Part shown: piece after piece, positions 1-9,268 of the stretch
Numbering within the stretch: position 1 is the stretch's first letter
Layout of the letters: each line of letters begins with the position of its first letter
Source of the DNA: Candidatus Acidiferrales bacterium
GTDB taxonomy: Bacteria > Desulfobacterota > Binatia > Binatales > Binataceae
Length of the DNA stretch: 37,217 nt
Reading direction: 5' to 3'
Assembly (NCBI GenBank): GCA_035602775.1
Contig: DATNLS010000245.1
Location: 1-37,217 of the forward strand
The notes under the pieces: generated by a model
The model's database searches: none
Told to the model about the DNA's origin: nothing
Seen by the model: the letters and a program-made list of their open reading frames with translations, nothing else
Program-made: the position numbers and the translations under genes

Positions 1-1091
1 CAACTGTATGCGCGCATCGTGGCCGAGAGAGCGTCGGCCGCGTTCCTGAAAAACTCCGGGTTCGCCTGCCACAGGCGGAGTCGCGCCGCGACGTTGGGCT
101 CGTCCTCCGGATTCGGAATCAACAAATCCGCGAGTTCGCGAGGATACCGCTCCGCGACGCCCGCATTCGCCGACACGATCGCCGGGAGTCCGCAGCACAG
201 CGCCTCATGCACGGCGAGTCCGTACGGCTCGTATCGCGACGGCGCCAGCATCGCGTCGCACGCACGCATCACGTCAGGGACATCGCTGCGAAAGCCGAGG
301 AAGTGAATGCGATCGCTCAGGCCGGCTTCCGACACGCGCCGCTTCCAGAGGAGAAGTTCCGCGCCGTGCCCGACCACCGCCAGGTGCGCATCCCACGCCG
401 AATTCGCGGCGAGCATCTGCCAAGCCCGCATCGCGATGTCGAATCCCTTGCGGCGGTCACCCGGCGCGCCGACGAAAAGTACCACTGGATGCTGCGCCGG
501 CAGTCCGATCTCTCGACGCACCCGCGCGCGATCGCCGGCGGTCGCCGCCTTGAATTCCATCGGGTCGGTGCCGAGATAGACCGTGTGGATTTTGGCCGGG
601 TCGATTCCGAGCTGGTCGACCACGTCCTGCCGCGTGCGATTCGAGTTTGCCACCAGCATCCGCGCTCGCGGCAGCACGTCGCGTTCCTGCGCGACGAAAT
701 AAAGGTGCGCCGCGCGATTCTTGATTCTCGGCAGCATCGCCGGCGACGACTCGCGCCGATACGCCGCGTGCACGTAATGCACCCAGTTGATGTCGTCGAA
801 TCGGCAATTGCCGCCGTTGGTCACCACCCGGCCTCCGCGACCGCTGACGATACCCGCCCATTTTTTTGCGACCCGGCTGAGCAGCGGTCCCGCTACGAAG
901 TACGAGCCCATGAGCTTCCGCACCTTATGCACGACGACGTTCGGCATCGCTTCGAGCTCAGGATCGACGCGGTATGCGACCAGGTGCGTCTCGGCGCCGC
1001 GTTCGGCAACATATCGCGCCAGTGCGTAATTGGCCCGATCCATTCCTCCCGTCTTTACGAAGTCTCCGGTGACAATCAGGTACGGCTTCAT
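1..1091 (-). CDS. Glycosyltransferase family 4 (GT-B fold); C-terminus cut by window edge
   Basis: Absent from the ORF track because it is open at the window edge. Hand translation from ATG (1091-1089) gives MKPYLIVTGDFVKTGGMDRANYALARYVAERG... In frame further on it reads ...MLAPSRYEPYGLAVHEALCCGLPAI (GT4 C-terminal EX7E-type region). Its start abuts the stop (1092-1094) of the upstream gene. The plus-strand ORF 207..1502 is an Arg/His-rich shadow. Confidence 0.85.
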   Translation of the reverse strand, partial: MKPYLIVTGDFVKTGGMDRANYALARYVAERGAETHLVAYRVDPELEAMPNVVVHKVRKLMGSYFVAGPLLSRVAKKWAGIVSGRGGRVVTNGGNCRFDDINWVHYVHAAYRRESSPAMLPRIKNRAAHLYFVAQERDVLPRARMLVANSNRTRQDVVDQLGIDPAKIHTVYLGTDPMEFKAATAGDRARVRREIGLPAQHPVVLFVGAPGDRRKGFDIAMRAWQMLAANSAWDAHLAVVGHGAELLLWKRRVSEAGLSDRIHFLGFRSDVPDVMRACDAMLAPSRYEPYGLAVHEALCCGLPAIVSANAGVAERYPRELADLLIPNPEDEPNVAARLRLWQANPEFFRNAADALSATMRAYS

Positions 1092-2531
1092 CTAACGCGC
1101 ATTTGGTCGGGCGCGCATTTGGTCGGGACTCGGTTTCCCGCTCGAACTCGCCGCCGCAAACAAGGTCGCATTGAGCATCCAGAATTCCATTCCGCTCTGA
1201 CTGCCGAAATATGGATAGCCCAGGCAACTCGCCACCGCGGCGACGTCGTAGGCGCAAACCACAGCCGCAAGAATAGCCAGTTCCGGATCGATCGGCTGGA
1301 GCGCCAATCTGAAGGCAAACAGAATGGCCACCGAGATTGCGAACAGGTAAACGAGGATCAGCGGCAGTCCCCCGTCCACCAGCCACGCCGTGAACTGTTC
1401 TTCCGACCAGATCATCGCCGTGCTGGGATCGGAATTGTCGCCGAAGTAATGGTTCATCATGCCCCAGCGGCCGAGGCCCGCGCCGAGCGGATACTGGGGT
1501 AACAGCTCCTCGATCGAGGTCTCGATGAAGCGGCCGCGATTCACATGGTAGACGGTGCCAGGGTCGGACGCCGTGAGGGTGGCGAATCGGTCGGCGACTT
1601 CGTTGCCTCCCACCGCGATCGCCCAGGTGAAACCGAAAAACGCCACCACCCCGATCACCGTCACCAGCCGGGTCAGGGTTCCCGCCTCGTACCGGCGCCA
1701 TGCGGGCAGCGTAGCCCGAATCCTGGCACGCCTGATTGCCAGGACTGCGACCAGTACCGCGGAGCATATGATCAATGTCACCAGGTCCGCCCGCACATGA
1801 GAGAGAAAAACGGCAGCCACGCCTACTACCATCGTGGCAATCGTCAACATCCTGCCGCTCCACTTCCTGTACGTCAGCATAAATCCCGCGCCGAACAGCG
1901 TCGCGTAAAAGCCCGCTCCTCCTGCCCCGCCCGGGATGTCCGACAGCCCCATCGCGCGGAATGCTGTTTCCCCGTAGGCATTCTGGAACTCGAGACCTTT
2001 TACGTACGCCCTGCCCTGATTGAGGATGATGGTGGAAATCGCGGGAGAGAATCGGCCTGGATAGTACACCTGCAGGATGCCGACCACTGCACTTATCGAT
2101 TGGAAGATCCAAATCATGAGCAAGACGCGGCGCAGAGTGGATATGTCGATCGACAGGCGCGGGACCCAGAACAGCGGACTCAGAATCGCGATATACATCC
2201 CGATTTGCGCCGCGCTGGCCGCCATCGTGTTGCCGGTCGGATTGAAGAACTCCAGCACAACAATTGCCAGTATCATTTTGGCGGGCATGAGCGCCGGCGA
2301 CGGCCGCCCTCTGCCACGCAGCCCGAACAGCACCGCGATGCTGGTGCCGAACACCGCCATCCTGACCAGCACCCGGACCTGTCCGATCGAACCCGACAGC
2401 AGCGCTATCTGGCACACGAATCCGAGCGCGAACATCAACTCGACCGCATGGGTGCGGACGAAGCTCGCCGAGGTGCGCCGGCGCGCCAGGGCGTACCGGT
2501 CGTCGCTGTATGAGGCCGCTCCGGAGGTCAT
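1092..2531 (-). CDS. Polytopic membrane protein, O-antigen polymerase/ligase-like (Wzy family)
   Basis: 479-aa ORF with many hydrophobic segments and a loop containing PLGAGLGRWGMMNHYF. It sits inside the glycan locus and is tightly packed with its neighbours. Overlapping ORFs 958..2415(-) and 1545..2513(+) are Arg-rich shadow frames. Confidence 0.65.
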   Translation of the reverse strand: MTSGAASYSDDRYALARRRTSASFVRTHAVELMFALGFVCQIALLSGSIGQVRVLVRMAVFGTSIAVLFGLRGRGRPSPALMPAKMILAIVVLEFFNPTGNTMAASAAQIGMYIAILSPLFWVPRLSIDISTLRRVLLMIWIFQSISAVVGILQVYYPGRFSPAISTIILNQGRAYVKGLEFQNAYGETAFRAMGLSDIPGGAGGAGFYATLFGAGFMLTYRKWSGRMLTIATMVVGVAAVFLSHVRADLVTLIICSAVLVAVLAIRRARIRATLPAWRRYEAGTLTRLVTVIGVVAFFGFTWAIAVGGNEVADRFATLTASDPGTVYHVNRGRFIETSIEELLPQYPLGAGLGRWGMMNHYFGDNSDPSTAMIWSEEQFTAWLVDGGLPLILVYLFAISVAILFAFRLALQPIDPELAILAAVVCAYDVAAVASCLGYPYFGSQSGMEFWMLNATLFAAASSSGKPSPDQMRARPNAR

Positions 2532-2549
2532 CCAGCGAACCCGTTTCTA

Positions 2550-3365
2550 TCAGCCATCATCGACATTGTAGCTAGTGAGCTGTTTTCGGTCTGCTGAGCG
2601 CCCTTGAAAAGTCACGGTTACGCTTCTGCTGTTGCCGCGCGACTTTCCATCGTCAAAATTCGCGATCATCATTCGCACGCCGGAATCGCAAAGGGCAGCC
2701 GCGATTTGATCCATTGAAAACTCGTAGAGTCCGATGTAGCCGAAACCAAGTGGGCGTCCCTTAATGAAGTTTGCTATCGCGTTGCCCAAGGGTAGGATCT
2801 TCTTGAGCGACCGCGCGGCCCTCAGTTTAGGCGGAGACCAAAAGACGAAGTGCAAGGATCCAAATCCACCAGGTTCCAGGTGGCTTAGCAGGCCTCTCAA
2901 AATTTTGTCGACTCTCTTCGGCGGTATGTGCTGAAACACTATGGTCGAATGAATAAGATCGAACTTTCCTCTCAAGCTGGTGAGATCGTCGTCTGCCAGC
3001 AACAGCTCGACATTCCTGATACCCAGCCGATCGCAATTGGCTCCTGCCTCCTCGAGCATGCTAACGGAGATATCGAGACCAACTGCCCGCTCGGCAACCC
3101 TGGCTAAGGGAACCAGCAAACGGCCCACGCCACAGCCGTAGTCGAGAACTCGCCGCGGCGCGAAGCCGGCATCGAAATGCGACCGAATTGTTGCCATCAC
3201 TGATTCGACATGCCCCTCTCCAGTCTTGAAAAATTCCTGCAGGGAACTGTCGGTCAGTTTTGACCGAACATAATGAGCATGGGGAATTACCGCGTAGTAG
3301 GGATCGATTTTTGCGGCTTTTTCATACCCCCTATCGCTGCGTTTGGTTGATGCCATGAGTCGCAA
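2550..3365 (-). CDS. Class I SAM-dependent methyltransferase
   Basis: SAM-binding motif I VLDYGCGVGRLLVPLA. The track start at 3365 is TTG; the in-frame ATG at 3356 (MASTKRSD...) is the more likely start. Lies in the low-GC segment. Confidence 0.85.
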   Translation of the reverse strand: MRLMASTKRSDRGYEKAAKIDPYYAVIPHAHYVRSKLTDSSLQEFFKTGEGHVESVMATIRSHFDAGFAPRRVLDYGCGVGRLLVPLARVAERAVGLDISVSMLEEAGANCDRLGIRNVELLLADDDLTSLRGKFDLIHSTIVFQHIPPKRVDKILRGLLSHLEPGGFGSLHFVFWSPPKLRAARSLKKILPLGNAIANFIKGRPLGFGYIGLYEFSMDQIAAALCDSGVRMMIANFDDGKSRGNSRSVTVTFQGRSADRKQLTSYNVDDG

Positions 3366-3610
3366 ACTCTGGAACTTCCCGGAATGCCGAGCGAAAATTT
3401 ACTGCTCCGCGATTTAGGGTCGCCGGGCCACAAGCGCGAGGTTGTCGCTGAACGCTCTTCCTCTAAATGCCGTTGGCCAATGCGATCGCGCAAAAGGAAT
3501 TCGTCGATTGTCGGAGTATAGGATCGCAGCGTCGCCGAGATCACAGTCCCGCGCGATTCGGATGAGATCGATTTCGAGCAACGCTGAGATTATCTACTGG
3601 TGCCAGTCTT

Positions 3611-3648
3611 TCTCCAGGTCCACCAGATCAGCGCGAGTCCGGCACTGG
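3611..3648. repeat. 38-nt direct repeat, copy 1 (remnant of the 3' end of a GT-C-like gene)
   Basis: tctccaggtccaccagatcagcgcgagtccggcactgg matches 5539..5576 at 34/38 positions. An alternative minus-strand frame here reads GLALIWWTWRKTGTSR*, homologous to the C-terminus GLVLIWWAWRETRTT of the 5503..6951 protein. Confidence 0.75.
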
Positions 3649-4443
3649 ATTCTGGCGATGGGCATACGCCAAGCCAACAGCATACCCTTGATAGCTCCCT
3701 TGAGGCCCCCGTTCTACGAGCCATCCCAGATCCGTCAGGCGCCGAAAAAGTTCACGATCTATCTCAGGCACTGTCGCGCTCGCATGCCACTCGAAAACGA
3801 TCCAGCCTATGTTTAATCCGGAAAAGCGTGGATCCATTAGAATTGGATACTCGGCGCCTTCGATATCCATTTTTAACAGATCAATTCGTCTTTCTTTGGC
3901 GAACTCAAGAAAGTCTGACATCTCTATCTTTATTCCGAAGGTGCTTGTTCCGAGCGTCGTAGTGGAATGACCGAAGTCGTTTGCTAACAGGCCTTGCCCT
4001 TGCGTAACACCAGCCGCGGTTGGATGGATGGAAACGCGTTCCTCCAAATGATTTTTCGCGACGATTTGCGACAGTCTGATCAGATGTGCAGGATGAGGTT
4101 CGAAAGCATCGATATGCGCCGTCGGAAAGATTTGCGCGAAGTAGAGAACGCTGAAGCCGACATTAGCGCCCAGGTCAACTATGCATTTGATCTCGTTTCG
4201 GGAATTTATAGATAAGGGCCACTTGTAACACTGCATGACGAAAACTTCGTAGGCGACGTTTACGTCGGTAGATGGCTCGGCTTCAAGAGTAATGCGTTGC
4301 CCGCTACTAAGGGTCAGGTTAATTTCCCGCTTCAATCGTGCCAATCGCCATCCAATGTAACGCATCCGGCTGCCGAGCGTCATCAAATCCCTCAAGCGCC
4401 TGGGAGTACCGGTGGCTCGCGATTCAGAGTCCGAGTGCATCAC
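3628..4443 (-). CDS. FkbM-family SAM-dependent methyltransferase
   Basis: IVDLGANVGFSVLYFAQIFP, FEPHP and IDLLKMDIEGAEYPIL are FkbM-family hallmarks. GTG at 4443 or ATG at 4440 could be the start. The last ~8 codons run into the 38-nt repeat remnant. Confidence 0.85.
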   Translation of the reverse strand: MMHSDSESRATGTPRRLRDLMTLGSRMRYIGWRLARLKREINLTLSSGQRITLEAEPSTDVNVAYEVFVMQCYKWPLSINSRNEIKCIVDLGANVGFSVLYFAQIFPTAHIDAFEPHPAHLIRLSQIVAKNHLEERVSIHPTAAGVTQGQGLLANDFGHSTTTLGTSTFGIKIEMSDFLEFAKERRIDLLKMDIEGAEYPILMDPRFSGLNIGWIVFEWHASATVPEIDRELFRRLTDLGWLVERGPQGSYQGYAVGLAYAHRQNPVPDSR

Positions 4444-4598
4444 TTCTTGCCTCTCTTCATTAAAGTGGGATACCCAGCCGCTTAAATTCCTGGGGCGTAG
4501 GTGTCAGGGGCGCTCCACAGTTCGGGCAACATTGGAGGTCATCTCAGATCCGAGTTCTCTCTCGATGGAGGCTGATCCCTAGAGTGCTGCTGCTGCAC

Positions 4599-5468
4599 TT
4601 AAGAAATCAGCCACATTGAAGTTCCTTCTACTTTCGCGTCGATCGCCCAGACCGGCGACACTATTTTCACGAGATCGGCATCCCGCGTTACATACTGGTT
4701 GGCGAGGCTAATGTCGGAACCGCGGCCGGCTAACAGATGGGCTCCAAGAATATACTGCTCGTTGTAAAACTGATCGAGCGAACCGGCGGGATAGTCGTAC
4801 GGCCAGTAAATGTCATGAAAATGGATACGCACGCCATCGGCAAGTTCCGGTAGAACGTCCATCATCAGAACGGTGACGTCGGAGTTCTGGTACGAACAAT
4901 GCGAGCTGTCGATGAACAGGATGTCGCCGGCCTCGAGCGTCTGGAAAATCCCCAGATCGATCTCTTCCACCGGATGGCGAATGACCTGGTCGCACAACGC
5001 ATCGATATCAGCGCGGGGCTGCGGATCGATCGAGACTATTTTGGTGCGCAGTTGGTGATCGCGGATGGCGCGTCGAGCAAAGGAAGTGGAATATCCGGAC
5101 CCGACCTCGAGGTAGAGCTTGGGATTGTTCCTCACCAGACGGACGTACAGAGCTGCGGCGTCAAGACGCGGCAGCCAGGCGTTTTCCCAACATGGCTCGC
5201 CGGCAGTTTGCTCGTGGACGGATATCAAGCGGAGAGAATCCGCCATCGAAGCGATATCTCGAAGCTCGTTCGCGAAGACTTCACGCCGTGCGTCCAGCAT
5301 CGCCTTGAACTGCTTGTGAGGCCGCCCCAATGCGTAGCGCGGTAGAAACCGCACCGGATATCTCAGAGCCAGATAGGACACTGGCCCGTCTCCCGGAGGT
5401 CCGGCCGGACCTATTCCGAGGGCAGCCTTGAGCCGCCAGCGCGGATAAAGACGCATCAATGTCCGCAC
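4599..5468 (-). CDS. Class I SAM-dependent methyltransferase (Methyltransf_24-like)
   Basis: YLEVGSGYSTSFARRAI (motif I) and ILFIDSSH (post-I acidic/His region). GTG at 5468 or ATG at 5456 could be the start. Confidence 0.7.
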   Translation of the reverse strand: MRTLMRLYPRWRLKAALGIGPAGPPGDGPVSYLALRYPVRFLPRYALGRPHKQFKAMLDARREVFANELRDIASMADSLRLISVHEQTAGEPCWENAWLPRLDAAALYVRLVRNNPKLYLEVGSGYSTSFARRAIRDHQLRTKIVSIDPQPRADIDALCDQVIRHPVEEIDLGIFQTLEAGDILFIDSSHCSYQNSDVTVLMMDVLPELADGVRIHFHDIYWPYDYPAGSLDQFYNEQYILGAHLLAGRGSDISLANQYVTRDADLVKIVSPVWAIDAKVEGTSMWLIS

Positions 5469-5502
5469 CCGCGCGCAAAGGTGTATGAGTCTGCTCCAGG
5501 GT

Positions 5503-6951
5503 TCATTTCAGAATCACTGGGGCAGTGGTGCGGGTCTCTCTCCAGGCCCACCAGATCAGCACGAGTCCAGCAGTGGCGAGGAGCGCAGCGACGGCAGCGC
5601 CGAAAGCTCTCGGAATGCGTGCCAACGGTAGCATCCACCACCACACGGCGACGATTCGCAGTGTCCTCCACGAGCCTTCGGAATTTTCGGGTTCGCCCGC
5701 GTGTTGGACCAACTGGCGAACGTCGGTTTGCCGGGCGTCGCCTAACTCTCGCGACATACTTCCCCATATCCGCACGAACGGCGCCTGGGTCAACGACCAA
5801 AGGGTGTCCTTGGGCATCTGGTGGGCAATCAATTCTTCCTGGTACAGCCGCTCATAGTATGACACGAGGGTCGGGGCGTTTATAAGAAAGCCGAGGGCGG
5901 TGAGCGCGATCAATGCTTTGCGGGATTTGCCTTCGAGCAGACTACCGAGCGCCATCAAACCCGGCAATGCCGGCAGCAGATACCGCGGGCCCCATGACCA
6001 TCCCCCGGGCGAGTCGCGCCAGACCGCATAGACGCCAAGGTAGGCGATTGCGATTGACACGATAAGCAGGATGTCCAGCCGCTTTAGATAGCTCGCACTC
6101 AGCCCACAGAGCGCCAGGACCACGGGGCAATACCATGCGATGCCCCGGCCGGGGCTTACCAGCAGTACAGCTATTCCGCGGGGCAGGCCGCCAAGGGCGA
6201 ACGACGCGTTCTGACCGAAAGTGAGTGGATTACCGAAGCGGAGGTAGTTGTAAAGGAAATAAATCGCGATACCGCTGGCGGTCCCGATCAAGGCAGGAAG
6301 CGAGGACCTGAGCGACCGGTCCTTTAGCGCCGCATGCGCGGCAAGGATAACTCCTATGATGGCACCGGTAGGTTTCGTCAGTACGGCTAGGGCCGCGCAA
6401 AGGCCGACCTTGGAGCGTTCACGCTGGCTGCCAAGCTCGAGGTAGATCGCCACGGACGTTATCAGCGCCAGTAACGGCTCGGCAAAGAACTCGCGGGCGT
6501 ATACGAGAGCTATGGTGCCGAAAGCAAACGCCGTCGCGGCGACGACACTTCCGCGCCGCGAAGCTCCTAGCCGTGAAGCGAGCATGACCACCATGCCCGT
6601 CGTGGTCCCAATCAAAAACGGCGGCAAGATCAGGGCGAAGGCTTCGACTGTAAAATGCGGCGGCAGATGCATCAGGTGGGCGAAGATCATTCCCAGTGCG
6701 ACCAAGGGCAGCGCCAGAAGTGATAGCAGTGGATACCAGTTCGAGTAGTAGAACCCTCCAAGACCGGCCGATCCCATTGACTGTGGAACCGTGAGACTAC
6801 CGTGCGTGACGAGCGACTCGGATACCGCCAGCATCGAAAGGCCGTCAACTGAGTAGATAACCGGCGAGAGAAAAGCGAGAAAAAAGAGCGTCGTTCCCAC
6901 TCCGATCACGACGGCATCCGATAGCACGTGATCCGCGTTTTGCGCCTCCAA
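5503..6951 (-). CDS. GT-C-like polytopic glycosyltransferase (ArnT/PMT, GT39/GT83-like)
   Basis: 482 aa with about 10 or more hydrophobic helices. It has an acidic first-loop motif (SVDGLS), SWGPRYLLPALP and a long hydrophilic loop before the last TM. Its start (6951) abuts the upstream stop (6952). Confidence 0.55.
   Translation of the reverse strand: MEAQNADHVLSDAVVIGVGTTLFFLAFLSPVIYSVDGLSMLAVSESLVTHGSLTVPQSMGSAGLGGFYYSNWYPLLSLLALPLVALGMIFAHLMHLPPHFTVEAFALILPPFLIGTTTGMVVMLASRLGASRRGSVVAATAFAFGTIALVYAREFFAEPLLALITSVAIYLELGSQRERSKVGLCAALAVLTKPTGAIIGVILAAHAALKDRSLRSSLPALIGTASGIAIYFLYNYLRFGNPLTFGQNASFALGGLPRGIAVLLVSPGRGIAWYCPVVLALCGLSASYLKRLDILLIVSIAIAYLGVYAVWRDSPGGWSWGPRYLLPALPGLMALGSLLEGKSRKALIALTALGFLINAPTLVSYYERLYQEELIAHQMPKDTLWSLTQAPFVRIWGSMSRELGDARQTDVRQLVQHAGEPENSEGSWRTLRIVAVWWWMLPLARIPRAFGAAVAALLATAGLVLIWWAWRETRTTAPVILK
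5539..5576. repeat. 38-nt direct repeat, copy 2 (authentic 3' end of the GT-C-like gene)
   Basis: tctccaggcccaccagatcagcacgagtccagcagtgg, 34/38 identical to 3611..3648. The two copies bracket two methyltransferase genes. Confidence 0.75.
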
Positions 6952-8118
6952 TTACAGTTCTCGTTGGTGGTTCGCGATGGCAGTCGTCGAGTCGGCGGAC
7001 CGGCTGCTCTGATTTCCGATCATCGCTTCGCGATAAGCTTCCAAACATTTTTCAGCCGCCGCGTCCCAGGTGAACAAACGCAGTACGCGCTGACGAGCCG
7101 CCTCGCCCATTCGATCGGCTTCGACGGAATGCGTCATCAGCCATTGGATTTTCTCGCGGAGCGCCGATGGATCATTTGGCGGCACGATGAATCCGGTGAC
7201 TCCGTCCTCGATTAGTTCAGGCAGGCTTGCGACGTTGGTCGCGATTGCGGGCCGTCCGCACGCCATTCCCTCAAGCAGGGAGAGCCCGAGCAGCTCGGTA
7301 TTCGGATGCGACGCGCCGAAGACCGATTGGTAGACGCTGGCGCTGACGACGCAGAGCGCGCCCTGGTACGCTCGCAGCAATTCGGCGTCGTCGCAGTGCT
7401 CGTCGAAGATCACGTTTTTCCCGGCCGCTCGCTCGGTAAGCAGCTTGCGGTAATCCGCGGCATGCCGGTATGGACGCCCGATCACGCGCAGGCGCATCGG
7501 GCCTTCGATCGCATCGATCAGATAGTTGATACCCTTGTGCGGCAGCAGACGGCTGACGATGACGACGTCGTTGGTTCGCGGCACACTCGCATCAGGATGG
7601 AACCGCTCGGGATCGACGCCACCATAGATCACACGCGCGTTCGGCAGACTGTCGTGACCCGCGAGCCGGCGGGCGAACTGACTAATGTGCAAATGCTGCG
7701 CAAACCAGTCGCGCGTATCGGTAACGCGATGCAGTCCGTAGCCGCCGCCGCCAAGATCGGTAGTGAATATCGGCTTGCGCATCACTTTGCCGAGAATAGC
7801 TACGTAACTGGCTATCATCGTGTAGGTTTGGTGAACGTGAACGAAATCGGCACTGGCTATTGATGAGAACAGGAACGGATTCATCGGATCGAAGCGAAAT
7901 CGGCGAAAGTTTATCCAGTTGCGCATCGTTCGAGTCGCGAGCGCGCCATCGATTCCGCGGCGCGGCGATGATCCAAAAGTCAGCAGCGTGGTCGGAACCT
8001 TGCGCGCCATCGCGCGTGCCAGCTCGACGACGTATCGCTCGGCGCCGCCAAAGAACATGCCGTCGTCACCAAAAGCCGCCGCCGAAATGTGGAGCACGCG
8101 AGGTCGAAACTCGGCCAC
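6952..8118 (-). CDS. Glycosyltransferase family 4
   Basis: LGLSLLEGMACGRPAIATNVASLPELIEDGVTGFIVPPND is the GT4 C-terminal signature. GTG start at 8118. Confidence 0.9.
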   Translation of the reverse strand: MAEFRPRVLHISAAAFGDDGMFFGGAERYVVELARAMARKVPTTLLTFGSSPRRGIDGALATRTMRNWINFRRFRFDPMNPFLFSSIASADFVHVHQTYTMIASYVAILGKVMRKPIFTTDLGGGGYGLHRVTDTRDWFAQHLHISQFARRLAGHDSLPNARVIYGGVDPERFHPDASVPRTNDVVIVSRLLPHKGINYLIDAIEGPMRLRVIGRPYRHAADYRKLLTERAAGKNVIFDEHCDDAELLRAYQGALCVVSASVYQSVFGASHPNTELLGLSLLEGMACGRPAIATNVASLPELIEDGVTGFIVPPNDPSALREKIQWLMTHSVEADRMGEAARQRVLRLFTWDAAAEKCLEAYREAMIGNQSSRSADSTTAIANHQREL

Positions 8119-8121
8119 CAG

Positions 8122-9264
8122 CTATGACCCTTGGCTTCGGATTTTCCGACTCTCGCCGCACAGATTGAGCAGGGCCCTGCGCAGGAGATTCATCTGCTGC
8201 TGCGGATCGCAAAGCTCACGCGCTCGCGCCGGGCCTGCGTTTCCCAGCCGCCGGCGCTCTCTATCGTCGCCGACCAGCCTTCCGAGCGCGGCAGCCAACG
8301 CAACCGTATTGTTCGGAGCAACCGTGACGCCGCATGAGTCATTCACGATTTCGATCGCGCCGCCAAGCTGCGTCGTGACCACGGGCAGTCCGGCATAGAG
8401 CGCCTCGATGAAGGCAATCCCGAACGGCTCGGGAGAAATATTCGGCTGGCAATGGATGTCCGACGCGGCGAGCAGCCGGTCAACGTCGTCGCGATTGCCC
8501 GCGAAGCGAATTCGATCCTCAATACCCAGTTCAGTAGCAGTTGCGCGCAAGCTGTTCAGGTAATGCTGTTCGGACTCGCGCTGCGCGCCGCCTACTAACC
8601 AGATAGTCCACTGACTATTCGACTTGATAATCGATGCGGCCTGCAACAGTAGCCGTTGACCCTTCCATTCCTGCATCCGTCCGGTGTGAGTGATGACAAC
8701 TGAGTCAGCCGCAGTAGTCAGTTCGGATCGCACCCTGTCGCGATCGGACTGCGAGTAGCTAATCGACGGCGCCGCGACTGGGCAGTGCACGACCTCGACC
8801 GGGAACGTCGAGAACACGCCGCTGAATGCCCGCGCGGCGAAGTGACTGGTGCAGATGACCAGTTCGGGACCGGCGTAGCGAGCCCATTGTTCGAGCCAAT
8901 GGCGTCCGTTCGACGCCATGTGCTGCCACATCGCAACCGGCACGCGCGCCGCTCGCGCCACTGAACCGAAAAGCGCCTGGGTCCAGGCCATGTGGCACAC
9001 GACCGCGTCGTAACTGCCGGTCGAAAGGATTTGACGCAGCCGACGGCGCGCGCGCATCACGGTAAGTGGATAACGGACGCGCACCTCGCCCAGCATATGG
9101 AGCGGAACGCCCGCGCCGGTCAGCTCGCGGCTCAGGCGTCCCTCGAAGCACAGCGCAAATTCGGGCTCGACCTCGGGCGTGAGAGCACGGTTGCGCGCCA
9201 GCGTCGCCAGCAGAGTCTCGACCCCGCCGAACATGTTGCCCGCGTCGATATGCAGCACGCGCAT
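8122..9264 (-). CDS. Glycosyltransferase family 4
   Basis: N-terminus MRVLHIDAGNMFGGVE and C-terminal region EPFGIAFIEALYAGLPVVTTQLGGAIEIV. Confidence 0.9.
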   Translation of the reverse strand: MRVLHIDAGNMFGGVETLLATLARNRALTPEVEPEFALCFEGRLSRELTGAGVPLHMLGEVRVRYPLTVMRARRRLRQILSTGSYDAVVCHMAWTQALFGSVARAARVPVAMWQHMASNGRHWLEQWARYAGPELVICTSHFAARAFSGVFSTFPVEVVHCPVAAPSISYSQSDRDRVRSELTTAADSVVITHTGRMQEWKGQRLLLQAASIIKSNSQWTIWLVGGAQRESEQHYLNSLRATATELGIEDRIRFAGNRDDVDRLLAASDIHCQPNISPEPFGIAFIEALYAGLPVVTTQLGGAIEIVNDSCGVTVAPNNTVALAAALGRLVGDDRERRRLGNAGPARARELCDPQQQMNLLRRALLNLCGESRKIRSQGS

Positions 9265-9268
9265 TGAT

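Noticed and set aside
207-2513. Long ORFs 207..1502(+), 958..2415(-), 1545..2513(+). Similar ones occur elsewhere: 14605..15414(-), 14874..15536(+), 15885..16868(+), 16441..17094(-), 27875..28753(+), 29751..30497(-), 33132..33617(-), 34441..35028(-), 35058..35657(-), 36586..37158(-).
   Set aside because: Their translations are Arg/His/Pro/Gly-rich with no recognisable motifs. They lie antisense to, or out of frame with, ORFs carrying clear family signatures. They are typical shadow ORFs of high-GC DNA.
3414-3581. 55-codon minus-strand frame (LEIDLIRIARDCDLGDAAILYSDNRRIPFARSHWPTAF...) in the 262-nt gap between two methyltransferase genes. It could be a gene remnant.
   Set aside because: It offers only a TTG start, is below 60 aa, and has no recognisable motif. 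It may be debris from the recombination event, but it cannot be supported as a gene.
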